Below, one piece after another: positions 36,265 to 50,009 of a stretch of 64,000 nt of DNA (its first letter is position 1; every line of letters starts with the position of its first letter). Made by a program: the position numbers and the translations under genes. The notes below the pieces were generated by a model. The model was not told where the DNA came from. It did not search any database and was given only the letters and a program-made list of their open reading frames with translations. Source of the stretch: Octopus sinensis (lineage: Eukaryota); the NCBI RefSeq assembly GCF_006345805.1, contig NC_043001.1:99944001-100008000 (forward strand), given 5' to 3'.

Positions 36265-37139
36265 ATATAGGTATATATTTATGTTCATATGTGTCTGAAT
36301 CTGTGGTGTGCAATCATAAATCAACACAGCATAAAAATTTGCATCTTGGTAATGAGACGGACGTCAGACATCAACAGATGCCAAATCAAAAACAATATTG
36401 AGATACAACAGAGATAAGTATTGAGAAAATGATGTATACTTAATGCCTGGTGGGTGTAGACATAAATATAGGTGTGTCTATGGATGTCTCAATATATCTT
36501 TATATAGATGTGTGTGCATGTACACATATTCCTGTATATACATATGTGGGTGGCTCTACACTATGGATGTACACATCTGTGTTGCTAGATACAGTTAGAT
36601 GTATGTATAGACATATGTGTGGGTGAACACATATATGTTTGTATATAAATGTGTATGTGTGGGTAAGTGCATGCATATATATATGTGTGTGTGTGTGTGT
36701 GTGTTGTATGCATGGTAATGCTGTGAGCATGCTGGCTTGCCTCAGTAGGTTCTGTTGAACCTTGTGGTGTGCGACCATTTGAAGCACTCGGTGCTGCATT
36801 GATGATATTTTTCTTTCTTGTCTTTCTACCTTTTTATTTGCATTTTTTTTTTGCCTTTCTATTGTACTGTATATGTATCATATACATACGTGTTATATGT
36901 GTAATAAAATGTGTATATACGGAAAATAGGAAGAAAGGTTTGTGTGTATTTGTGTGTGTATGTATATATATTAGGTCTTTGAAGGATATAAAGGTACGTA
37001 TTGTTAGAGAAGCACTCAATCTGTGTTCAGGGCTATCAACACTACTGGATTCCAGGCAAATAGTGAAATTCCTCAAGTGCAGAAAATCCTGGTTTCGTGA
37101 TGGTAAAACCATTGTGTGGGTGTAAGGAAGAGTAAGCTA

Positions 37140-37478
37140 TAATCCAAACAGTAAGACAAAGAAACCCTTTAACACAGCTTTAATGATTCGCTACAATTGT
37201 TTCTGTACCAACTCTGCTTCTAACACAAGTTAATGTAATATTCGAAGAAGTGAAAGTTTATGTAATGTTTGCAGTTTTAAACATTACAGTGGTACATCAC
37301 CACACTTGCATAAAAAGTGTGCTCTTACACTGTGCTACTCTAATGTCTAAAACTGCAAATGATATGTAAATTTTCACTTTGAACTCTTACGTAAACTGGT
37401 GTTGCAAGCAGAGTTGGTACAGAAATAACTGTAACAAATCATTAAAGATATGTTAAAAGATTCGTCTTATTTGGATTG
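37140..37478. mobile_element. ~340-bp foldback element (mariner-type MITE candidate)
   Basis: aatccaaacagtaagac / gtcttatttggatt, tttctgtaccaactctgctt / aagcagagttggtacagaaa and tttgcagttttaaacatta / taatgtctaaaactgcaaa: inverted along its whole length. Confidence 0.8.
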
Positions 37479-37712
37479 CACACGCACACAGACACAGAAA
37501 CACACACACACGCACATACATATACATAGTTGAAATTTATAGAAAAAGAAAGATGAAGACAGGTGTAGGAACAAGTAAGCAAGTACATTAGTTTGATGCT
37601 TGGGAAAAATGGAAAAGTCTTTTACGTTTCAAGGCTACACTCTTTGACAGAAACGAATAAAAGGAAATACAGAGAAAGAAAAGGAAAAAAATATGTTGAG
37701 TTCAGTGGGCCA

Positions 37713-37750
<38 letters not shown>

Positions 37751-37759
37751 TATATATAT

Positions 37760-37920
37760 CATCTACATCATCATCATCGTTTAATGTCAGCTTTCATGCT
37801 GGCATGGGTTGGATGGTTCAATTGAGAACTGGCAAGCCAGGAGGCCTCACCAGGCTCCAATCTGATCTGGCAAGGTTTCTTCAGCTGGATGCCCTTTCTA
37901 ATGCCAACCACTCCGAGAGT
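37760..37920 (-). mobile_element. RTE terminal segment
   Basis: catcatcatcatcgtttaatgtcagctttcatgctggc...gccctttctaatgccaaccactccgagag. Confidence 0.85.
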
Positions 37921-37993
37921 TTGGTATATATATAGGATTGTGGGTTAGGCCAGTTCCTTTATACAATATATTCTACACAATGTTTCATAGTAA

Positions 37994-38027
<34 letters not shown>

Positions 38028-38054
38028 CATACATACATATATATATATACATAT

Positions 38055-38098
<44 letters not shown>

Positions 38099-38570
38099 TT
38101 ATATACATACATACACATGTATATATACACACACACACACACACACATACAGATATACACACATACACACACACATTTAGGTCAGTGTCCGATTGTTTTA
38201 GTTCTATCCTGATTGCATGGTTGCTTTATAGTTTTATTGAAGTCTTTTATTATTATCAGTGGATAACATTATTTGAATCATTTACTTATTTTTACATTAT
38301 ATTTTATTACATTTCTATTTTCGATTTTTGATATTACACTACTACCACCACCACTATTACTGCTACTGCTGCTAAAATGTATTGCAACAGAAATAAATGA
38401 AATGGAAATTTAAAAAATGAGATACTTTTTGATAACTCTGCTTACAAGATACATTTACACCCATGATACACCACAACTGTCTGTACAGCAACCACTCTAC
38501 TGGAACCATTGCACGGTAGGTCAAAAAGATCATAACGAATAACAAAGAGCTTCGTTAATTCCATTTTCTT

Positions 38571-38604
<34 letters not shown>

Positions 38605-39289
38605 TTCATTTTCTTTCTCACACACACACGTGGTGGTTTTCTATATAATTCCTGTCAAGTAAATTGCACTCATTAGATATTGGTCAACCAAAGGTTATAG
38701 GGCAGGATTCTTGTCCAAGATTCCATGCAAAGCATTACCTGCATTCTTTTTCTTGCTGCATTAAACATCCCCAATTTGAAATTTTCTACCTCAGGACAGG
38801 TTTTGTATTTGACATTCAAAATGAAACCATAAGGCATGAAAACTGAATTTTTATTTCTCAATAAATTCTGCTGCCAAAGGATATCAGCAAGAACATAGGT
38901 GAACCTCTGTTGTGACAGACCTCACAACTCATCATCTTCCTCATATCTAAATCTCTAAGGATGACAATTAGAGAGTATACAACTTTTCTCATTAGAAATC
39001 TGAGGATTCCAAAGAACAAATGATGAAATAAACTCATCTTTTGCTCTAAAGTAAATTACTATTTTAAAATAGTTTGCAATTTGCTGGGAAGCACTTTAGA
39101 GTAAAGGGATATTAAATGGGTGGTGATAAAAGATAATAATATGAGAATTCTCCACAAGTGTCTCTTGAAATCACTCTGGGGTTGGCTTTGTCTTCTGTCT
39201 TTCCAGAATTTATAAAATGCATATCAGTTAACTACTAAGCTAATTTAATCAATTGTTCCTCCCAACCAAAATAGTGGCCTTGTGCCTAG

Positions 39290-39515
39290 AAACCAATATT
39301 GGTTTCAAATTTTGGCAGAAGGACAGCAGTTTCGGAGAGCTAGGGTGAGTTGATTACATCGACCCCAGTACTCAACAGGCATATATTTTGTTGACCCCAA
39401 AAGGATGAAAGACAAAGTTGGCCTCAGTGGCATTTGAACTCAGAACCTAAAGACAGATGAAATGCCCCTAAACATCTTGCCTGGTGTGCAAACAATTCTG
39501 GCCCCTCACCACCCT
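39290..39515 (-). mobile_element. tRNA-derived SINE
   Basis: gattacatcgaccccagtac..gaccccaaaaggatgaaagacaaagttggcctc..tttgaactcagaac. Confidence 0.75.
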
Positions 39516-39542
39516 AAAGCTAGAAATTAATATTACAAACAA

Positions 39543-40655
39543 ATCATCATCATCATCATCGTTTAACGTACGCTTTCCATGCTAGCATGGGTTGGACGGT
39601 TCAACTGGGGTCTGGCAGTGTTTCTACAGCTGGATGCTCTTCCTAATGCCAACCGCTCCGTGAGTGTAGTAGATGCTTTTTACGTGCCACCGGCACGGAG
39701 GCCAGTCTGGGTGGCACTGGCAACGGCCATGTTCGGATGGTTCTTTTACGTGCCACTGGCACTGGTATCACAACTACAATTTCCATTGATTTTTGAGCGA
39801 TTTCAATTCTGATTTCACTTGCCTCAGCAGGTCTTTGTAAGAAGAGCTTTGTATCCCAAGGAGGAAAGGTATGCATAAGTGGGCTGGCTGCATCCTAGGT
39901 AGAGGCCATGAGTTATGGCCTCACTTGGTCCTGCTGGGTCTTCTCACGCACAGCATACTTCCAAAGGTCTCGGTCACTAGTCATTGCCTCGGTGAAACCT
40001 AATGTTCAAAGGTCATGCTTCACCACCTTGTCCCAGGTTTTCCTGGGTCTACCTCTTCCGCAGGTTCCCTCAACCTATCTTCAGTCACCTATCTTCATCC
40101 ATTCTCGCCACATGACCATACCAGTGCAACGTCTCTCTTGCACACTACAACTGATGCTTCTTAGGCCCAACATTTCTCTCAAGGTACTTATACTCTGTCG
40201 AGTATGAACACTGACATTACACATCCATCGGAGCATACTGGCTTCATTTCTTGCAAGCTTACGCATATCCTCAGCAGTCATGGCCCATGTTTCACTGCCA
40301 TGTAGCATGGCTGTTCATACACATACGTCATACAGTCTGCCTTTTACTCTGAGTGAGAGGCCTTTTGTCACCAGCAGAGGTAAGAGCTCTCTGAACTTTG
40401 CCCAGGCTATTCTTACTCTAGCAGTCACTCTTTCAGCGCACCCACCTCTACTACTGACTTGGTCACCCAGGTAATGGAAGCTATCAACTACTTCTAGCTT
40501 TTCTCCCTGGAATGTGGCGGAAGTTGTTCTTTGCACATTTTCAGTGTATATTGCTCCTGAGCATCTGCCACAAACAAAATCTATCTTCCTAGTTAGCCTT
40601 CCTTTGACATTGCTGCACCTCTTATGTGTCCATAGCTTACACTTGGTACATCGGC
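39543..40655 (-). mobile_element. 5'-truncated RTE LINE (PHD insert to tail)
   Basis: Minus-strand translation gives WTHKRCSNVKGRL..VCGRCSG..LEVVDSFHYLG..MLHGSETW..GRPRKTWD, followed by the UTR, two modules, the terminal segment and (GAT)n. Confidence 0.92.
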
Positions 40656-41123
40656 TATTTTAATTAATTAATTAATTAGTATGCCATTAGAACAAAATTA
40701 CAGACAGGCAAAAGATCCTGTGATTTTCCAATGTTGATATAGCAAATAAAGAATAAAGTAAAGAATGAATGTGTGTGTGTGTGTGGCGGGGTGGATATAT
40801 TTATCAGGGCTCTAAAAAAATAATTCTTGGTTTAGAATTACATAATATTACAAATGTCATAATTTCTTTTAATTTTGTAATCTAATCTAAACCTTGAAAA
40901 ATTTTGTAATTTCTTCTGGAGAAAAAGTTTTAAAACAAGTTTCCATTTTTTATTTATAATTCTTTTTCCTTTGTTTTTCTCTTTCTAGAATGAAGACCTA
41001 CAATGGAATAGTTATTCAGTTTCAAAGACAAATTCCCTATGATTAGCATTCTGTAATAGGTGAAAATCACTAAATTCAGAGCTTTAATGTAGAACTGTCA
41101 GTGGCTGGGTCACAGTTCATAAC

Positions 41124-41965
41124 CATCATCATCATTTAACATCTATTTTCCATGCTGGCATAGGTTGGACGGTTTGACAGGAGCTGTCCAGACTCCAATT
41201 GTCTGTTGTGGAATGGTTTCTATGGCTGGACAGCCTTCTTAATGCCAACCACTTTACAGAGTGTGCTGAGTGCTTTTTACAAGTCACTGGTATGGGTGCG
41301 TATATGCAGCACTGGCACAAGTTCCTATTATGTGCCACCAGCACCTGTAAAGGACCAGCCTGTATGTGTGGTTGACAGGGATTTTACTTAGCTTGACTTG
41401 TCCTCTCAAGTACAGCAAATCATCACAGCTCCCGGGCCCTTGTCACTTCCTCAGTGAGACCCACAGCTTGAAGATCCTTGCTCACCATCCCATGTCTTCT
41501 TGGATCTACCCCTTCAACAAGTACCCTCTACAACTAGAGCTTGGCACTTCTTTATGCAGCTGTCCTCATCCATAAGCACCACATGACCAAACCAACACAG
41601 TCTTCTCTCCTGCACAACATCTGATGCCTCTTATACCTGGTTTTCCTCTTAAATTATTTATACTCTGTTGTGTGTGCACACTGACATTATCCATCCAGCA
41701 GAGCATGCTAGCTTCTTTTTTTTTTAAGCCTTTGCAAGTCCTCTGTAGTCAAAGCCCATGTTTCACTGCCACTTAGCATAGCTGTACACACACTTGCATC
41801 ATACAATCTGCCATCTGCCTTTCATTCTGAAGGAGAGGCCTTTAGTTACCAGCTCTCTGAACTTTGCTCAGCGCATTCTTACTTTAGCAACTACACTTTC
41901 AGAACTTTCTCCTCCACTGCTGACTTGGTCACCTAGGTAACAGAAGCTATCTACTACTTCTAACG
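41124..41965 (-). mobile_element. Older 5'-truncated RTE LINE
   Basis: VVDSFCYLGDQVSSGG and VQERRLCWFGHVV on the minus strand, with a GAT-tailed terminal segment. Confidence 0.8.
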
Positions 41966-42165
41966 AGGGAGTCTTTTAAATGAGGGAGTCTATTGTCTAT
42001 GAAAAATGTTGACACCTAATATAATAAATTAAAAATTAATATAACAGTTTGTATGTGTAAATTGTTAAACAGGCTCTTTCATGACGTAATTGCCCTATAT
42101 TTAATGGATAACGAAATAGAATTCATCCATATATACGTATATGTATATACACACACACACACATA

Positions 42166-42217
<52 letters not shown>

Positions 42218-42220
<3 letters not shown>

Positions 42221-42594
42221 GTGCAATGGCCCAGTGGTTGGGGCAATGGACTCGCGGTCGTAGGATCCCGGTTTTGATTCCCAGACAGGGTGTTGTGTTT
42301 ACTGAGCGCAAAACACCTAAAGCTCCACGTGGCTCTGGCAGGTTGGGGTGGTGAACCCTGCTGTACTCTTTCCCCACAACTTTCTCTCACTCTTTCTTTC
42401 TGTTTCTGTTGTACCTGTATTGCAAAGGGCCAGCCTTGTCACACTCTGTGTCATGCTGAATCTTCCCGAAGAACTACGTTAAGGGTACACATGCCTGTGG
42501 AGTGCTCAGCCACTTGCACATTAATTTCACGAGCAGGCTGTTCTATTGATCAGATCAACAGAAACCCTCATCGTTGTAACCGATGGAGTACCAT
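42218..42594 (+). mobile_element. Full-length tRNA-derived SINE
   Basis: gaggtgcaatggcccagtggtt (A box) and ggttttgattccc (B box); the body is homologous to the minus-strand head at 26020-26164 and continues ~200 bp further. Confidence 0.85.
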
Positions 42595-42637
42595 GACATA
42601 TATACATACATACATATACATATATATACATGCATAC

Positions 42638-42668
<31 letters not shown>

Positions 42669-42670
42669 TA

Positions 42671-43519
42671 TCTTTATATATATAAAACTGAGAATGTGTG
42701 TCTGTCTGTCTGTGTGTTTCCCTAAAACTACACAACCAATTTCATTCAAATTTTACATATGCCTTACTTAGGGTCCAGGGAGTGTCATCGGCAATTTTAA
42801 CTTTTTGCCTAGGGTGAGCCCACAGCAATAACATATCTTCTCCACTACGATTCCCTAAAACTTGAGAACTACACAACCAATTTCATTCAAATTTTACACA
42901 TGCCTTACTTAGGGTCCACGTAGTTTCATGGGCAAAAAAAATGTTCAACTTCTTGCCTAGAGCGAGCCTATAGCAATATCATATCTTCTCCACTATTTCA
43001 GTATTATGTGTTAAAAGTGAAACAAAAATATTTCTCTATTTTATGTCAGATGCTTTCACTTTAACAATAAAAATAATAATAACAATTGAATTATATGTAG
43101 TAAGTAATAATTAAAATCAAACTAAAGTATAATGTAAGTAAAAATAGCAATTGGTATAAAATTGCATCAATGATTTGAACTTGAATAAGTGGTTTCACAT
43201 GAATGCGAATTAAATTAAAAATAAAATTAGCGTGCAGAAATGGAATAGTCCAGATGGATAATAAAAAATTAAATTAAAGAAAAAACTATTGTCTACAAAG
43301 TATACAATGTAGAGAAAAAAGAAGAGCTAACAATTCCAGTCTGTTATATATTTTGAGTATTGTTATCACTAGCGATATCAAGATATAACTTTGTATTTTG
43401 CATTTTATGTGTAGATGTGTATATATATATATAGATGTACATGTAATATGTACACATATATATACACATATATACATGCACTAGCACTATGACCCGGCAA
43501 CGACAGGTCTTTAATGCTA

Positions 43520-43520
<1 letters not shown>
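42671..43520 (+). mobile_element. Non-autonomous Helitron
   Basis: A|TCtttatatatataaaactgagaatgtgtgtctg at the 5' end; hairpin gacc-cggcaacgaca-ggtc and CTAG|T at the 3' end; internal duplication at 42718-42780 / 42852-42918. Confidence 0.8.
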
Positions 43521-43566
<46 letters not shown>

Positions 43567-44014
43567 GACATAGTTATATATTTAACTTAATCAAATTGAT
43601 TCTATTCAGATGTCACTTAGCAAATGATTAATTTTTGAGTAAATAATTAGAATTTTGTTTATCCAAATTCTTGATGGAGAAAACCTAATTGCATGCAGTG
43701 CAAGACCAACTTTTTGGTTAAACATTTTGTTGAAATAACAAATACATCAATAACATGCTAATGAGAGGATGGATCAGTAGCAGTAGAGGTGGTATAGGAG
43801 CAGACCAGAGATTTGAAAAAATGACTAGTGTTTACAATGATATAGTTTCAAAAATTTTGTTTCTTCTAACATGACAATGATGGTTTCCAAAAGGATCAAT
43901 AAAATGCAGAGGATTTTTCACATTCAGTATTAACAATCTGACATCTTTCATTTTTCCAGACAGCTAATTATGATGTACAATAATCGTATGTGACACAAGC
44001 AGGAGGTCTGGAAT

Positions 44015-44190
44015 TTGAGAAAGAAGAATAGTTGATTACATTCACTCTAATATATGACTGGTACTTTATTTTATCAAACATCAAGGTGTGAAAGGTAGAG
44101 CTGGATCTTGGTGGGATTTGAACTCAGAGTGCAGACAATCAGAACAAACAATGTGAGACATTCTATTCAATACTCCAATGACTCTGCCAA
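44015..44190 (-). mobile_element. Old SINE copy
   Basis: ggtactttattttatcaaa..gtgaaaggtagagctggatc..atttgaactcagag. Confidence 0.6.
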
Positions 44191-44426
44191 TTATTTTATA
44201 AAGTTTATATAACAACAACAACAATAATAATAATGATAATAATTTGCAACAAAGTCACCAAGTCGACAAGAAATAAGAAAAACAGCTGTAACCTTGAAAA
44301 TAATAAGATAGCCATAACTGCAAAAAGGAAGTACAGTTTACAACAGTGCTGCCACCACCACCACCACCACCACCACCACCACTGACAGTAACAATGCAAA
44401 CAAATGATATTAATATTAATAATAAT

Positions 44427-47400
44427 ATGCCCAGCATATGGCATGAAACATCATCCAGTTGTGGCCTCTCGATGTGGGATAAATAAGGTTACTCTTAACC
44501 ACAAGTGCTTTCAGGTCACCATTTGGCAAGGTGAAGCCTGTCTCATGGGATGAGAATGTCCCTTTAGCCTTGGTTGGCAATCAAAAGATGGTTGTCTCTA
44601 GAGATGGTGTATCACTAAAATCACCCATGGTGGTGTCACCTTATTACCAGAATCCTCATAAATGAAAATCTCAAATACAAGGTATTATACAATGGCATGA
44701 ATGAGGCTGGAACTGAAAACGGCTTATATGAGGGTAGGTATGGCCTCTCTAAGCCTTGCTTAACAACCCGCCTAGTGATGGTGTCATGATAAAAATACTG
44801 GGGATTGCACAATCTTACAAATGCTACCTCTAAATGAGTTATGTCAAAATCAAATAATATTCACAACTACACTAATGGGACTAGTTAATGGTGAAGGTGT
44901 CATGTCCTGCAGGTAAGGAGTGCCTGATTACACTCTGGCAGGTCATTATCAAGCCATTGATCAGGATCAGAATTGAAAATCAAAAGGGCAAAAAGAAAAA
45001 AATTAAATGGGGAAAAAGAGGTGAACAAATTTCTAATTGAAATTCTGGCTGAGAAATAAGCCAAATAAAAGAGGTTTCATGAAATGAATGAAGGGAATAC
45101 TGGATGAAAAAGGAAGAGTTTTTGAAGCATCCACTCAGAAACTGATAGAGCAGGTGAGGGCAATTCATATGAACGACTGGATTACAGGATTAGAGGTTGA
45201 AGAAATTAAGAGAAGAATAAAAAGTGAGAAGGAAGAGTGAGAAACAACATAGCAGAAAGTGGTAATGATGGATTAAAAGATGAAGAATATGAAAAAGAAG
45301 AAGGAAATCATTATGAGCCTGAGATTGCTGATGGAGAAAATAACGAAGACGATCAAGTTGGACAGGTGAGAGTAAATGCTGTAATAAGTTTTGGATGACA
45401 AAGAGGAGATTCTAGGAATGCTGCAAGGTGAAATGTGTGATGGAAACAATGGAGTACCACCAAATGTCAGATATATGAACAGAAGGAAAGTAAAGAGAGC
45501 CATAGCCAAAGGAAATGGTGCTTTGAGCTTGGTTGGCACAGAAAACATCAGTGAAACAAATGTGCTAATCATAGCTGCTGTTAATGCTGTGGCTGACATA
45601 CAAGCGGAAAACTGAAGAAATGAAAGGAAATGAAAAGAAAGAACCAAACTGGAGGAAGAGAATATGAATGAAGTTGGAAAAGACAGAGAAAGAACTGGGG
45701 CAATTGAATCGGATGATGAGAGGAGAGCTGAAGAATAAGGTAGTAATCAGAAAATTGAATGGAGAGTACAGGTAAGAAGAAAGCAGGGAAACAAACAGCA
45801 GAACATGAAGAATTGATACAAAAGGCGACAGCATTAAAGGCCAGACTGAAAGGATATAATGCTAGATGCAAAGGTTTTGAACAGAATGGACTGTTTCAGT
45901 CAAATAGAAGGCATCTGTTTGAGGAAATAGAGGGGGACCAACATCAAGAAATAACTCCTGATGCAGAAGAAAGCAAAATAATTTGGGAAGCAAAATAGAA
46001 CAGGACAGTGAAACAGAAAACGCAGAGTGGCTAATACAGGTGGAAAGAATTTGCAACAGTGCCAAGACAAAAGGACATCAAAATCGATCTATATACTGTG
46101 AGACTGAAGTTAAAAAATATAGCAAATTGCAAAAGACCTGGCTCAGATGGAGTGCAAGGCTACTTGCTGAAGAAGTTTACACAGTCGCATGAAAGGATCA
46201 CTGCATAACTGGATGAATGCCTGCAGGATGGTCACATCCTTACCTGGATGACAAGTAGTCAAACACTACTATATCTCAAGGATCTCTTGAAAGTAACTTG
46301 GCATCAAATTTCTGACCCATAACCTGTTTACCACTCATGTGGAAGCTTATTACTGGTGTCTTGATAGGAAAGCTATATAATCATTTCGAAAGTAACAATC
46401 TGCTTTCAGAAGAGCAGAGAGGATGCAGCAAACAAAGTGGGGCAACAAAAGACTATTTATTAGATGATAAAAATGATAATTAGAAATTGCAGACACAGAT
46501 TGATGGGACTGACTGTAGTTTGGGTAGATTACAACAGAACATATGACATGGTACCACACAGCTGGATAAGTAAAACAATGTTTGGAGTGGCAGAGAATAT
46601 AGAGAAAATGGTTAATGAAAGTATGAAACATTGGAAGAGGCTTAATTGGTGTTGACGAATGTGTACAGATGAAATGAAAAAGCCTACTAGAATATTTACA
46701 GAACAGCACAGAGAAACTACTAAAGACAAGGAATAAGGAACAAGAGGTCAAGTGTGGAATAGGAGAAAAGGAAGGACAAGAATGAAATTCAAAAAGAAGA
46801 TGTTAGATCGAAGAGAAACCTCTGCATGGTCAATTTTGGAGAGCCACTGATGATACATGTGGGACAAAATCCTGGGCTTAGTTAAGAAAAGGGCAATTAA
46901 AAAAAGAAACAGAGAGCCTAATTGTAGCAGCCCAGGGACCAAGTGATAAAGATAAACAACTTGAGGCAAAATGTATATGGGGAGAATGTGTCAGTAAAAT
47001 ATAGAACCTGCAGAACTTGGAATGAGACACAAGGCACACACTGTTGCAGAATGTCCCAAGTTGGCTCAGGGAGAATATAACAAATGGAGGCATGACCAAG
47101 TTGTGAAAGTTTTACACTGGAAGCTTTGTCAGAAATGGCGATTTGGAGCTGGAGATACATGATATGAACATCAGTTCAAAAAAGTGTTGAAGTCAGAGGA
47201 TTCTAAGAGTCTGTGGGACTTTCCTGTTCAAACAGACAGGAAGCTAGAAAATAAATAGGCCAAACATAACAATGATAGACAAGGAAAAGTGAAGTTGCCT
47301 GCTAATAATTGATCCATGATGTCCATTTAATTCCAGGATTGTAAAGAAAGAAGGTAGAAAACAAATAAAATCCAATCCCTTAAAATTTGAAATTACAAGA

Positions 47401-47668
47401 ATCTGGAATATGAAAATTGTAAAGGATGTACCTATAATAATTGGTGCATTGAGAACCGTAAGATATAGACAAATGGCTGAAGGAGATTGGAATAGAATGC
47501 TCTGTGGAGCTTCTACAAAAAGTTTGCCTCTTAGGAACAGGGAAAATAACCAGGTGGGTCTTAAGCACTTGGATGACTATTGGAAGATTGCGGATACCTA
47601 AGGTTACCAGCAGTTACCTGCTATCCACATATATTCTACCAGGAATAAGAATGAGCTTGAGACAAATC
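44427..47668 (+). mobile_element. Near full-length but inactivated R4/Dong-like non-LTR retrotransposon
   Basis: N-terminal motif (KWG..VNKFLIE..PNKRGF..QKLIEQVRAIH.NDWITGLEVEEIKR); RT ([33 protein letters not shown]); an internal deletion; knuckle (ECPKLAQGEY.KWRHDQV); RLE (LWDFPVQTD..IIIGAL..KVCLLGTGKI). Confidence 0.88.
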
Positions 47669-47740
47669 GATGATGATGATGAGGATGATGATGATAATGA
47701 TGATGATGATGATAATAATAATAATTATAATAATAATTAT

Positions 47741-49720
47741 TTCGAGCTGATTGACAAAAGGACAAATGGGGTTGTGCCTGAATGATGCATCAAAAGGAAA
47801 TGCTGCTGACAATTACTGGCCAATTTCTTGCCTCCCATTAATGTGGAAGCGACTGTCAGGAGGAATTGCAGAAGAAGTGTACAAATTTCTTGATGAGAAT
47901 GATATATTACCGACGGAACAAAAAGGCTGTAGAAAGTGATGCAGAGGTACCAAAACCAATTATTGATACACAAAAGGGTTATGCAGGATTGTAAATAAAG
48001 GAGAACAAATTTGGGAATGGCCTGGATTGACTATCGCAAAGCTTATGACATGATTCCACATTTGTGGATCATCGAGTGCTTAGATCTGTTTGGAATTGCA
48101 AAGAATGTAACATGTTTCCTGAAGAGAAGTATGGTGGGGGGAAAAACTGAATTGACATCCTACAGAAAAAGCTTGGGCACCCTGGGTATCAGAAGAGGGA
48201 TTTTTCAGGGTGAAATCTTATCTCCATCACTTTTAGTTGTCTGCATGATCCCTCTGAGCTTGGTACTTAGGAAAATGTACCTGGGATGTCAGCTAAAGGG
48301 AAAATCTCAAACAATCAACCACCACCTCTTCATGGATGATTTGAAACTGTGGCAAGGATGAGGCACAAGTGAGTTCTTTGGTAAACACAGTGCACTGCTT
48401 TAGTATTGATATTAGAATGGAATTTCTACTCAAGAAGTGTGGAATAATGTACCTAAAAAGAGGCAAGGTACAGTCCCTAGCAAGGGTAGAATTACTGAAT
48501 AGAGAGCTGATTAAACAAATTGAAATGAGAGGCTACAAATACCTTGGCATACTAGAATTCAATGAGATAATGGTGAAAGAAATGAAAGAGCAACTGAGGA
48601 TGGAATATTTCTGAAGATTAAGATTGGAGTTGCACTAAAAATTGACTGGATGGAATAAAATCCAAGCAGTTAATACAAGGGCAATAGCATCACTTCAGTA
48701 TGGAGCTGGAATCATAAAATGGTAAAAGGAAGAAATAATGAACATGGATACAAAAACAGGAAAAATACTGACAATGCATGGAGCCTTCCACCCTAAGAGT
48801 GACACCGATAGGCTGTACTTGTCCAGGAAAAAGGGTGGGAGAGGTTTGGTCAATTGCCAAGATTGTATCGAAGCAGAGGAAAACAGCTTAGGGTATTATG
48901 TAAAAAATACCATGGAACCATTGTTGAAACATATAAAGAAGGTACATGTCGTTAAAACTGGGAATTGTGTAAAGAAAGAAAATTTTAAAGAGGTAAAGAA
49001 GACACACACAAAAAAGAAACAGCATGGAAGGAAAAAATGTATAGTCAGATTGCAAGAGATACGAATGCCAGGACAGGTACAGAAAACTGGTGGCTATGGA
49101 TGAGGAGGAGTGACCTGAAGATAGAGACAGAAACATTTAAATGCACAGCTCAAGAACAAGTGTTAAGGACTAACTATGTGAAATGCAGAATCAACAACAT
49201 TACCAACAGTGACAAATATAGAGTGTATAGTAAGAAGAATAAACTGGTATGGCACATCATTAATGAATGCCTGAAATAAGCACAACATGAATACAAAAGA
49301 CGACATGACAATGTGACAAGGATGATCCATTGGGAGGAGCTCTGTGAAAAGACTGCAGAAGGAGTCACTGAAAATAAAAACTGCAAAATCCTGTGGGATG
49401 CAATGATTCAGTGTGACCACCTGATGAGACATCAGAAGCCAGACACTATCGGGGTGAAAAAAAGAAAAATGAACATGCATGATAATTGACTTGGCATTTC
49501 TCAGTGACAACAGGATCAAAGAGAAAGTAAAAAAAAACTGACCCCAATATTTTTTGATATTGTATTTTGTTGACCCTTGTAAGATGAATGGTTAAGTTCT
49601 CTTCAGTGGGATTTGAAGTCTGAATGTAAAGAGCCAAAAACAATAACTGCAAGATATTTTACCCAAAGTTAATTGTTATACTAAATCCCTGCCCCCAGAC
49701 AGCTATTACTAATAATAATA
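47741..49720 (+). mobile_element. 5'-truncated R4/Dong-like retrotransposon (RT to RLE)
   Basis: [84 protein letters not shown]; ends in taataataataa. Confidence 0.92.
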
Positions 49721-49724
49721 AGGA

Positions 49725-49880
49725 CAATTTCTGATTTAGTCACAAGGCCAGTAAATTTGAGAGGAAGATTCGAATGAATATGATCAATTCTAGTACTTGA
49801 GAGGTTCTTTATTTTAAAGATTCCAAAAGAATATAAAGCTAAGTTGATCTTGATGGGATTTGAACTCAGAACATATGAAG
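49725..49880 (-). mobile_element. Old SINE copy
   Basis: ttagtcacaaggccagtaaattt..tgatcaattctagtac..gatttgaactcagaac. Confidence 0.55.
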
Positions 49881-50009
49881 GAAATAAGGTGGAAAATATA
49901 AATACTTGTGTCCCGGTAATAACTTACAGTTTGTTTCAAAAGTCTCGTTTGAACATTGGACAGGAAAACATGGAAAATAACAACTGCATTTAGACTACAC
50001 CGCCCTAAA

